A DNA stretch of 64,000 nucleotides from an uncultured Lachnospiraceae bacterium (GTDB taxonomy: Bacteria > Bacillota > Clostridia > Lachnospirales > Lachnospiraceae). Shown here piece after piece: positions 20,788-28,203 of this stretch (positions are counted from its first letter, which is position 1; the number at the start of each line of letters is the position of its first letter). Location of the stretch: positions 1,938 through 65,937 of the forward strand of contig OMUP01000020.1 of NCBI GenBank assembly GCA_900314255.1, written 5' to 3'. The notes beneath the pieces are model-generated. The model saw nothing but the letters and a program-made list of their open reading frames with translations. It was not told the DNA's origin and did not search any database. A program made the translations under genes and the position numbers.

Positions 20788-21963
20788 TTACTTCTCGCGG
20801 GATTTCAGCCAGTCCGTGATCTTCTGCGCGCACTGTTTTGTCTTGTCTGCCGGAAGCACGAGCGCAAAGCGCACGTGATTTTTCCCGAGAGACCCGAACG
20901 CGGAGCCCGGGGTGCACAGAACACCTGTCTGGCGCAGCATCTCAAAGCAGAACGCGCGGTCATCGGCAAAGCCTTCCGGGATTTCTGCCCACACGAACAT
21001 GGTGCCTTCCGAGTCCTGCACATCCCATCCGCCGTCCCGAAGCGTTGTGCACAGGGCGTCGCGGCGCTGCTGATATGCCATTTCCTGTTTGTACACGCCA
21101 TCCTGCGGTCCGGTGAGTGCCGCCACAGCTGCTTTCTGCTGCAGAAGACACATACCGTAATCAAACTGCGAGCGGATCACTCGGAATTTCGCGATCACAT
21201 CCGGATTGCCCATGACAAAGGAAATCCGAAGTCCCGTCAGATTGTACGTCTTTGACAGCGAATTGAACTCTACGCCGACGTCCATTGCGCCTGGAATAGA
21301 CAGGAACGAAAACCCTTTGCGGCCGTCGTATTCAATTTCCGAATAGGCATTGTCGTGCACCACGAGAATGTTGTACTTCTTTGCAAAACGGATGATCTTC
21401 TCATATGATGCGCGGTCAGCACACGTACAGGTCGGGTTGAGCGGATAAGACACGACCATCATCTTCGCTTTTTCCGCGATTTCCTCGGGCACCTTCTCCA
21501 CAAGCGGAGCGTAATGGTTGTCCGGGTCAAGATCATAGTTCACGATCTTCGCGCCGCAAAGGTACGGACCGTCCGAAAAGATCGGATATCCGGGATTGGG
21601 CGTCAGAACAATGTCTCCCGGCTCGCAGACCGTCCACGCGATGTGCGCGAATCCTTCCTGCGAACCGTTGAGCGACATGATCTCGTCCGGCGTGAGCGCC
21701 ACGCCGTAACGTCTCTCGTACCAGGCCTGAACAGCCTCAACCAGTTCTTTCGTGTCTTTGATAGCGTACTTGTAATTTTCCGGATCCAGTGCCGCTTCAG
21801 AGACCGCCTTCATGACGTGGGGCGCCGGTTTGAAATCCGGCGTTCCCACGAACATATCATAGACCGGTTTTCCGGCCTTCAGACGCTCTTCCTTCTTTTC
21901 AAGCAGCTCAGCGAAAATATTCAGTCCGAAATGATTCGCGCGCTCCGAAAAAGAAAATTCCAT
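20788..21963 (-). CDS. pyridoxal-phosphate-dependent aminotransferase, class I/II
   Basis: 391 aa; NPGYPIF, YPLNPT, DNAYSE and SLSKTYNLTGLR (PLP Lys). Substrate cannot be assigned by eye. Confidence 0.8.
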   Translation of the reverse strand: MEFSFSERANHFGLNIFAELLEKKEERLKAGKPVYDMFVGTPDFKPAPHVMKAVSEAALDPENYKYAIKDTKELVEAVQAWYERRYGVALTPDEIMSLNGSQEGFAHIAWTVCEPGDIVLTPNPGYPIFSDGPYLCGAKIVNYDLDPDNHYAPLVEKVPEEIAEKAKMMVVSYPLNPTCTCADRASYEKIIRFAKKYNILVVHDNAYSEIEYDGRKGFSFLSIPGAMDVGVEFNSLSKTYNLTGLRISFVMGNPDVIAKFRVIRSQFDYGMCLLQQKAAVAALTGPQDGVYKQEMAYQQRRDALCTTLRDGGWDVQDSEGTMFVWAEIPEGFADDRAFCFEMLRQTGVLCTPGSAFGSLGKNHVRFALVLPADKTKQCAQKITDWLKSREK

Positions 21964-21973
21964 CCCTCACGCC

Positions 21974-24628
21974 TCATTTCTGCAGGGCGGCCAGCCGTTC
22001 CTTTGTCGCAGCCAGCATGTCCTCGTAATTCTTCTTTTTGTTTTTCTCTTCTTCAACCTTTGCGGCCGGTGCCTTGGCGAGGAACTTCTCGTTGGAAAGC
22101 ATCTTCTGTGAACGCTTCACCTCGCCGGTCAGTCTTGCCTCTTCCTTCTTCAGACGCTCAATCTCAAGGCGGATGTCAACCAGATCGGCAAATGGCATGC
22201 AAATCTCACCGTCGCGGATCACAACCGATACCGCGTTGTCGTCAATGCCTGTCTTGTCTGCCTGTACAGCAACCTCGGACGCAAACGACAGCGTCGCGAA
22301 GAACTGGCCTGCCTTCTCAAATACAGAACGCACTGCCTGGTCAGCTGAAACAACATACACCTTCGCCTTGCGGGACGGTGCCACGTTCATCTGCGTGCGG
22401 GCATTGCGGATGCCGCGTACGGCCTCCATGACTCTCTCGATGTCAGCCTCTTCCTGCGGGAAGTTCAGGCTTTCATGGTATTTCGGCCAGCTCGAGATCA
22501 TGATGGACTCCTCGGCGTCCTGAACCGTGCAGAAGATTTCTTCTGTGATAAACGGCATGAACGGATGCAGGAGCTTGAGCAGCGTGATGAGAACATTCTT
22601 GGTCGTCCAGAGTGCAGTGATGCGGTCGTTCTCGTCATCCTTCTGATACAGACGCGGCTTGACCATTTCGATGTACCAGTCGCAGAACACATCGCGGATG
22701 AAACCGGCAAGCTTGTCGTAGGCGATGCCCAGATCGTAATTCTCGAGATTGTCCGTAACTTCTTTCACGATGCGGTTTGTTCTGGAGAGAATCCACTTGT
22801 CAGCATCCGTGAAATGCTCCGGTCTCGGTCCGTCTGCCTTCACGGCGTTATCCGAATCGTTCATCATCACGAAGCGGGAAGCGTTCCACACCTTGTTGGC
22901 GAAGTTGCGGCATGCTTCTACACGGGAATAGTAGAAACGCATGTCGTTGCCCGGCGTCGAGTTGCTGATGAGCGATGCCCGGAGTGCATCGGCTCCGTAC
23001 TTGTCGATGACCTCCAGCGGGTCAATGCCGTTGCCGAGTGATTTACTCATCTTGCGGCCCTGGGAATCGCGCACAAGTCCGTGGAACAGGACGTTCTTGA
23101 ACGGCGGCTGTCCCATGTTCTCGTATCCCGAGAAGATCATGCGGATAACCCAGAAGAAAATGATGTCATAACCGGTTACAAGAACGCTTGTCGGATAGAA
23201 GTACTCGAGTTCCGGTGTCTTGTCCGGCCAGCCGAGTGTGGAGAACGGCCACAGCGCAGATGAGAACCAGGTGTCCAGCGTATCCGGATCCTGCGTGATG
23301 TGCGTGCTGCCGCAGTGCGGGCACTTGGTCACAGGATCGGCAGATACCGTCAGCTGTCCGCAGTCATCGCAGGTATAAGCAGGAATCCGGTGTCCCCACC
23401 AGAGCTGTCTGGAGATGCACCAGTCGCGGATGTTGTCGGTCCAGTTGAAGTACGTGCTCTTCATGCTGTCCGGGATCAGACGGATGTCGCCGTTTCTGAC
23501 GGCGTCAGCCGCCGGCTTGATCAGATCGTTCATCTTCACAAACCACTGCTTCTTGACCATCGGCTCAACCGTTGTATGGCAGCGGTCGTGAACGCCGACG
23601 TTGTGGTGAATCGTCTCGACCTTGACGAGCAGTCCCTGTTCCTTGAGGTCTTCTACCATCGCCTCGCGGGCCGCGTAGCGGTCCATGCCGGCGTATTTGC
23701 CGCATTTGTCATTCAGTGTGGCATCGTCGTTCAGGATATTGATCTGCTCGAGATTGTGGCGCTTGCCTACTTCAAAGTCGTTCGGATCGTGGGCCGGTGT
23801 GATCTTCACGACGCCGGTTCCGAATTCCTTGTCAACATAGGAATCCGCGATGATCGGAATATCACGGTCAGTAAGCGGCAGGTGCACCATCTTTCCTACG
23901 ATGTCCTTGTAGCGCTCGTCATCCGGGTTGACAGCCAGTGCCGTATCGCCCAGCAGCGTCTCCGGACGGGTGGTTGCGATCATGACGTAACGGCCTTCCT
24001 CGCCGACCACCGGATAATTGATATACCAGAAATGGCCTTCCTGCTCCTCATACTCGACTTCCGCGTCGGAAAGCGAGGTGTGGCAGACCGGGCACCAGTT
24101 GATGATGCGGTTGCCCTGATAAATGAGGCCCTTGTTGTACAGATTTACAAAAACCTGGCGGACTGCCTTCGAGCATCCTTCGTCCATCGTGAAGCGCTCG
24201 CGGTCCCAGTCGCAGGAAGATCCGATCTTCCTGAGCTGGCTGGTGATCATCCCGCCGTATTCTTTCTTCCAGGCCCAGACATGCTTGAGGAATTCCTCGC
24301 GGCCGATTTCGTGCTTGTCAATGCCCTTTTCCTTCAGGGCATTCGTCACCTTCACTTCCGTGGAAATGCTGGCGTGATCCGTGCCCGGAACCCAGAGAGC
24401 TTCATACCCCTGCATTCTCTTAAAACGGATGAGGATGTCCTGCATGGTGTTGTCGAGCGCATGGCCCATGTGCAGCTTGCCGGTGATATTCGGCGGCGGC
24501 ATTACAATTGAAAAAGGCTTTTTGCTCTTGTCGACTTTTGCGTGAAAATATTTGTTGTCCAGCCACTTCTGATACAGTCTGCCTTCGATGGCAGCCGGAT
24601 CATACGTTTTATCAAGCTGTTTCCCCAT
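21974..24628 (-). CDS. valS: valine--tRNA ligase
   Basis: 884 aa; PPNITGKLHMGH (HIGH), KMSKSLGN (KMSKS), editing domain and C-terminal coiled coil. Confidence 0.96.
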   Translation of the reverse strand: MGKQLDKTYDPAAIEGRLYQKWLDNKYFHAKVDKSKKPFSIVMPPPNITGKLHMGHALDNTMQDILIRFKRMQGYEALWVPGTDHASISTEVKVTNALKEKGIDKHEIGREEFLKHVWAWKKEYGGMITSQLRKIGSSCDWDRERFTMDEGCSKAVRQVFVNLYNKGLIYQGNRIINWCPVCHTSLSDAEVEYEEQEGHFWYINYPVVGEEGRYVMIATTRPETLLGDTALAVNPDDERYKDIVGKMVHLPLTDRDIPIIADSYVDKEFGTGVVKITPAHDPNDFEVGKRHNLEQINILNDDATLNDKCGKYAGMDRYAAREAMVEDLKEQGLLVKVETIHHNVGVHDRCHTTVEPMVKKQWFVKMNDLIKPAADAVRNGDIRLIPDSMKSTYFNWTDNIRDWCISRQLWWGHRIPAYTCDDCGQLTVSADPVTKCPHCGSTHITQDPDTLDTWFSSALWPFSTLGWPDKTPELEYFYPTSVLVTGYDIIFFWVIRMIFSGYENMGQPPFKNVLFHGLVRDSQGRKMSKSLGNGIDPLEVIDKYGADALRASLISNSTPGNDMRFYYSRVEACRNFANKVWNASRFVMMNDSDNAVKADGPRPEHFTDADKWILSRTNRIVKEVTDNLENYDLGIAYDKLAGFIRDVFCDWYIEMVKPRLYQKDDENDRITALWTTKNVLITLLKLLHPFMPFITEEIFCTVQDAEESIMISSWPKYHESLNFPQEEADIERVMEAVRGIRNARTQMNVAPSRKAKVYVVSADQAVRSVFEKAGQFFATLSFASEVAVQADKTGIDDNAVSVVIRDGEICMPFADLVDIRLEIERLKKEEARLTGEVKRSQKMLSNEKFLAKAPAAKVEEEKNKKKNYEDMLAATKERLAALQK

Positions 24629-24706
24629 TGATGCTGTTCCTCCTGACCTTGAACCTGCCGCCTGAAGCAGACACCTGCGGTCTGTTTCACCACAGCAGTT
24701 CTTTTC

Positions 24707-24735
24707 ATAGTAGCACCGCCCCTTTGTATTATCAA
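24707..24735 (-). promoter_or_regulatory. sigma-A type promoter for valS
   Basis: The reverse strand reads TTGATA-17 nt-TACTAT with TG at -15/-14. This leaves a leader of only about 75 nt. Confidence 0.5.
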
Positions 24736-24782
24736 GAAGTCGCGCCAGTCTGCCTTTTTGGCACGCGTACCGGACTCACCAT

Positions 24783-25280
24783 TCAGAGTCCGACTCCAAG
24801 CGCCGCGTCCATCTGTTCTGTCACATCTTCCAGGCTGTGTCCCGTGGCAGCAGCGAGCTCCTGATACAGGATTTTCTTTGCCTCCGTAAGCATCCTCGCA
24901 TCCGCCGACTTCATCCTGCGCACCTGTCTGGCACGCTCATTGCGGATATTGTAGAGATGACGGATCAGATGCATGATCTCCTTCGGATCCTGTGACTTAA
25001 CGATGGTTTCGTAGTCTCTCGGAGAAATCCGCTTGTTCAGCGCCTCATCCTTTGCACATCCGGATGCGCTGATCATGAGTTCCTCTGCTTCATCCGCACT
25101 CATCACATACCGGATCGGCACTTTGTTCTCCACCGGACAATAGATGATGCCGCGGTCGTCGTACAGAGGTTTCAGAAAGTAAAATGTACCGTCAATTCCT
25201 TTTATTTCCGGCTTTCCTATATTCGTTATTTCACAGGTGCCCAGAACGCCGTATTCAACCTTGTCACCGATTTCAAACAT
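24783..25280 (-). CDS. CarD/CdnL-family transcriptional regulator
   Basis: MFEIGDKVEYGVLGTCEITNI...YFLKPLYDD...IYCPVEN is a CarD_CdnL_TRCF-type N-domain. Start at 25280 with a GAAGGGG RBS. Confidence 0.75.
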   Translation of the reverse strand: MFEIGDKVEYGVLGTCEITNIGKPEIKGIDGTFYFLKPLYDDRGIIYCPVENKVPIRYVMSADEAEELMISASGCAKDEALNKRISPRDYETIVKSQDPKEIMHLIRHLYNIRNERARQVRRMKSADARMLTEAKKILYQELAAATGHSLEDVTEQMDAALGVGL

Positions 25281-25383
25281 ACAACCCCTTCTTTTTCCCA
25301 TAAAAAAGCGGCTTTACGCCGCCGCCATTTATCATATTAACACTTTTTACAGTATTGGTTCAATACGGATTCTCAGCCAATAG

Positions 25384-25420
25384 AAAAAGATGTGCCGGAA
25401 ACACGCCCCGGCACACCTTT
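25384..25420 (-). terminator. intrinsic terminator after the Lys/Ala-repeat gene
   Basis: The reverse strand reads GGTGTGCCGGGG-CGTGTT-TCCGGCACATCTTTTTC. Confidence 0.7.
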
Positions 25421-25450
25421 GTACTTTATTCTTTGCGTTCAGGCAGAGTA

Positions 25451-26089
25451 TCAGAAAAGATCCACAGCGCCCATGAAATTATCATTGGCGACATAATAGC
25501 ACTTGCCCTCTTCCGGCTTTACATACAGCTTGACACTCTCGACAGCCACGCCCTGAGCCTTTGCGTCTGCAACGACCTTCTCGACGAGCGTTTCCTGCTC
25601 AACCTGTCCGCCCATGTACTGGAAGAACACCTTCGTCTGCGGCTCAGCCTTTGCGGCTTTCTTTGCGCGTGCAGCCTTTACCGGTGCCTTGGCAGCTTTC
25701 TTTACTTCTTCTTTCTTCTCAGCGACGGCAGCCTTTACTTCTTCGCCTGCCTTCTCAACAGCCTTCTTGACCTCAGCAGTCTTTTCTGCAGCAGCTTTCT
25801 TGACCTCTTCTGTCTTTTCCTGTGCTGCCTTTTTTACTTCAGCTGTCTTTTCTGCAGCTGCTTTCTTGACCTCGGCGGTCTTCTCCTCGGCAGCTTTCTT
25901 TACTTCTGCGGTCTTCTTCTCAGCGCTTTCCTTCACGGTTTCTGCTTTTTCTTCAACCGCTTCAGCAGCCTTGTCTGCCTTTACTTCAGCCTTCACGGCA
26001 TCTGCCATGATCGGCTCCTTTGTCGTCGCGGCCTTCGCCGTTTTTGTGGTTCTCTTTGTCGTTGTTGTTGTCTTTCTTGTCCTGCTCAT
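25451..26089 (-). CDS. Lys/Ala/Glu-rich tandem-repeat protein with a small globular C-terminal domain (function unknown)
   Basis: MSRTRKTTTTTKRTTKTAKA..., then about five 11-aa repeats (AEKTAEVKKAA), then KVFFQYMGGQVEQETLVEKVVADAKAQG...YYVANDNFMGAVDLF. Start at 26089 with a GGAGGAG RBS; the longer track ORF would overlap the HPr gene. Confidence 0.7.
   Translation of the reverse strand: MSRTRKTTTTTKRTTKTAKAATTKEPIMADAVKAEVKADKAAEAVEEKAETVKESAEKKTAEVKKAAEEKTAEVKKAAAEKTAEVKKAAQEKTEEVKKAAAEKTAEVKKAVEKAGEEVKAAVAEKKEEVKKAAKAPVKAARAKKAAKAEPQTKVFFQYMGGQVEQETLVEKVVADAKAQGVAVESVKLYVKPEEGKCYYVANDNFMGAVDLF
25754..25921 (-). repeat. in-frame 33-bp tandem repeats (about 5 copies) encoding KTAEVKKAAAE
   Basis: Protein periodicity EKKTAEVKKAA / EEKTAEVKKAA / AEKTAEVKKAA / QEKTEEVKKAA / AEKTAEVKKAV. 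These are coding repeats, not a CRISPR array. Confidence 0.8.
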
Positions 26090-26141
26090 ACCTTTCTCCT
26101 CCATCTTGTATGCTGCAGCATTTGCCTCTGAATGCAAAGCA

Positions 26142-26390
26142 TCATGAAGCCAGAAATTCGCAGATGTCTGCCACTGCCTGCTCAGCATCCGTCCCTTCGG
26201 CACACACATCTACCTTCATGCCGTCATGAAGTCCGAACGCCATCATTCCCATCAGGCTCTTGCCGTTGATGTTCTTGCCGTTTCCGACCAGTTCAATGTG
26301 GCTCTCATATTTGCAGGCCTTCTGAACAAGCTCAGCGATCGCGTTCTTATGCTTATTCTCGAGATTAGAAACCTCTACCCTTTTTGTCAT
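26142..26390 (-). CDS. ptsH: HPr-family phosphocarrier protein with an atypical active-site loop
   Basis: 82 aa that aligns by eye along the whole length to B. subtilis HPr. His15 and Ser46 equivalents are present (NKHKNAI, GKSLMGMM), but the Arg17 equivalent is Asn. Start at 26390 with a GAGGTG RBS. Confidence 0.75.
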   Translation of the reverse strand: MTKRVEVSNLENKHKNAIAELVQKACKYESHIELVGNGKNINGKSLMGMMAFGLHDGMKVDVCAEGTDAEQAVADICEFLAS

Positions 26391-26441
26391 CTCACACCTC
26401 GAATGAAGAATCATGCCGGTCGTAAGCACCGTCAAGTCGAA

Positions 26442-26470
26442 ATGATAGTATGATTTTCAAAGTATGTCAA
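26442..26470 (-). promoter_or_regulatory. sigma-A type promoter for the HPr gene
   Basis: The reverse strand reads TTGACA-17 nt-TATCAT, about 50 nt upstream of the start codon. Confidence 0.55.
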
Positions 26471-26781
26471 GTCGCCTCTGTGCCCCGAAGCCGGCCTGTG
26501 GTGTAGAGTTGCGAGACATCCGGATCGAACGTTTCTGTCACCTCATATCCCTTAAGCATTTCGAAAATCCGCTTTTCTCTCGCATCTTCCGGCTCAGGGT
26601 GACTCAGAATTTCTTCCACGCATTTTCTCAGATCATCTGCAGAATTTATTACTTCCGTTAAAATATTAAATTTTCCGCCGAGGTATCCGGCCGCGTATGC
26701 ACACTCGTAGTTTCCGACCATCACCGCTTCCGGAAATTTCGTCTTTTTTTCGACCGCCTGCACAGCCAGCAGCTGTATCAT
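26467..26781 (-). CDS. hypothetical 104-aa protein, translationally coupled to the upstream HAD gene
   Basis: MIQLLAVQAVEKKTKFPEAVMVGNYECAYAAGYLGG... Its ATG overlaps the HAD stop (ATGA). The longer 182-aa track ORF would overlap the HAD gene by 238 nt in another frame. Confidence 0.55.
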   Translation of the reverse strand: MIQLLAVQAVEKKTKFPEAVMVGNYECAYAAGYLGGKFNILTEVINSADDLRKCVEEILSHPEPEDAREKRIFEMLKGYEVTETFDPDVSQLYTTGRLRGTEAT

Positions 26782-27431
26782 GTCATATCGTCCTTTCCGA
26801 ATAATTCCTTCAGGCTGCTCACCCGGGCAATGACGGCGTCCGGTGCCGCCGCTTTCCCGAAGCCGTAAGCTGCAAAGATAAACGGCAGGCCTGCTTTCCT
26901 CGCAGACTTCTCGTCTCCAGCCGTATCGCCGATATAGACAGCCTGCTTCAGGTGATTTCTGTCCGCCAGGATCCGGATACTTCCGTCCTTCCCGACGTGT
27001 GTGCGTCCCCAGCACTCCGTGTCCTTGAAATACTTTCCAAGACGATGGGCGCCGAGAAACGCCTCAATGTACCCGTCCTGACAGTTGCTCACGATGAAAA
27101 GCGGAAAACGCGCCGCAAGATAAGCCAGGTTATCTTCCAGATCCGGGAACAATATACCGCCATGCGCCAGAAGGTACTCGTTTTCATGCGCGCACATAGC
27201 CTCCATTACACGCTCCCGCGCTTCTGGCGCTGCGTCTTTGAGCAGTCTGTCCCGGATTTCATTCATGGGAAGGCCGAAGCAAGGCAGGATTTCTTCTTTT
27301 GTGAGCGGACCTCTTTCGGCCTCCGGGTGCAGCGAGATCACTTCATTCCACGCCTTCAGAACCCCGTCCCGGGAATCCCAGAGCGTGCCGTCCAGATCAA
27401 ACAGTATGCCGTCTGTCTTCGTAAAATCCAT
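26778..27431 (-). CDS. HAD-IA family hydrolase (phosphoglycolate phosphatase-like)
   Basis: LFDLDGTLWDS motif I, SNC, GDTAGDEKSA motif III. Confidence 0.8.
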   Translation of the reverse strand: MDFTKTDGILFDLDGTLWDSRDGVLKAWNEVISLHPEAERGPLTKEEILPCFGLPMNEIRDRLLKDAAPEARERVMEAMCAHENEYLLAHGGILFPDLEDNLAYLAARFPLFIVSNCQDGYIEAFLGAHRLGKYFKDTECWGRTHVGKDGSIRILADRNHLKQAVYIGDTAGDEKSARKAGLPFIFAAYGFGKAAAPDAVIARVSSLKELFGKDDMT

Positions 27432-27435
27432 GTAT

Positions 27436-28203
27436 TTATCCTCTGAGTTTCCGGATGAGACTTAAAAGCGTCTCGTCCCGGCTTATGTCCGACGCTACTT
27501 CAAAGCAGTCTTCCGCTTCCTGCGGATGCCCTGTGCGGATCATTTCATAGCCCGCGTGGCACACAACCTGGATCGACGTTTCGTCCGGCCGGGTGTAAAT
27601 GCCGGCGTCCGAAAGCAGTCTGTCGATTTCTTCGTCCGTCATGGCAGGCGTCGTGTCCTTCAGAGCCGTTTCCAGATATTTCAGCTCCAGGTCAGCGTTT
27701 TGTGAATGAAAGTAGTTGTTCGCTCTGATGTAGCAGGCGCGCGCGGCATCAGGCTTGTAGGTCTCCACAAAATAAAATCCCGCATTGCGGTAGTACCGGG
27801 CCGTCTCTGCCCTCGTCAGACAGTACCGGTGCGCCTCCTGCGTTTTTTTAAGATACGGCTTGAGCTTGTTCTGCTGCTTCAGAGCCTCCGCGCTGGCAAG
27901 CTTGGCCGTAAGGCTCACGGGATTCCAGCTCTCGGCCTTCTGGAAATATTTGTACGCAGCGTGCGGCTTTCCGTCCTTCAGCTTTTCGCTTCCAACCTGC
28001 AGATAATACGAGCTGTACGGAACAGAGGCAAACCGGATTTCCTTGTCATCGTCAGGAAAATACCACCTGTACAGATAATACTCCATCACATGATCAAAGC
28101 TGACCGTCACCGTCGTGTCAGAGATCCGCAGGGACTCGCCGCCGTCTTCTCTGCTCTCCAGTTCTTCAACGGTCTTTCTGGCCGTCTCCAGTGTTTCGTC
28201 CAC
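27436..28203 (-). CDS. hypothetical helical-repeat (TPR-like by eye) protein
   Basis: 255 aa; GTG start with an AAGGAAGGA RBS, overlapping the glgX 3' end by 38 nt. No recognisable catalytic motif. Confidence 0.5.
   Translation of the reverse strand: MDETLETARKTVEELESREDGGESLRISDTTVTVSFDHVMEYYLYRWYFPDDDKEIRFASVPYSSYYLQVGSEKLKDGKPHAAYKYFQKAESWNPVSLTAKLASAEALKQQNKLKPYLKKTQEAHRYCLTRAETARYYRNAGFYFVETYKPDAARACYIRANNYFHSQNADLELKYLETALKDTTPAMTDEEIDRLLSDAGIYTRPDETSIQVVCHAGYEMIRTGHPQEAEDCFEVASDISRDETLLSLIRKLRG

Noticed and set aside
24629-24782. Possible T-box leader upstream of valS, because of GGTGAGTCCGGTACGCGTG (vaguely like GGGTGGTACCGCG)
   Set aside because: The similarity is poor. The element would lie upstream of the best promoter (24707-24735). 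No specifier-loop, Stem I, or terminator/antiterminator pair fits in 154 nt. The local hairpin (CGGACTC-N8-GAGTCCG) straddles the stop codon of the CarD-like gene.
25754-25921. Regular 33-bp repeats considered as a possible CRISPR array
   Set aside because: The repeats are contiguous with no spacers, are in frame inside an ORF, and are imperfect at synonymous or conservative positions. No cas genes are in the window.
25355-26147. Plus-strand ORFs (25355-26131, 25614-26147) with Cys/Leu/Phe- or Ala/Phe/Ser-rich repetitive products
   Set aside because: They are the antisense reading of the Lys/Ala/Glu 33-bp repeat gene. The periodicity comes from the coding repeats on the minus strand, which has the RBS, a terminator and a globular C-terminal domain.
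26782-27015. Upstream part of the 182-aa ORF 26467-27015
   Set aside because: It overlaps the well-supported HAD hydrolase gene in another frame. Only the distal 104 codons, starting at the ATGA junction, are plausible.
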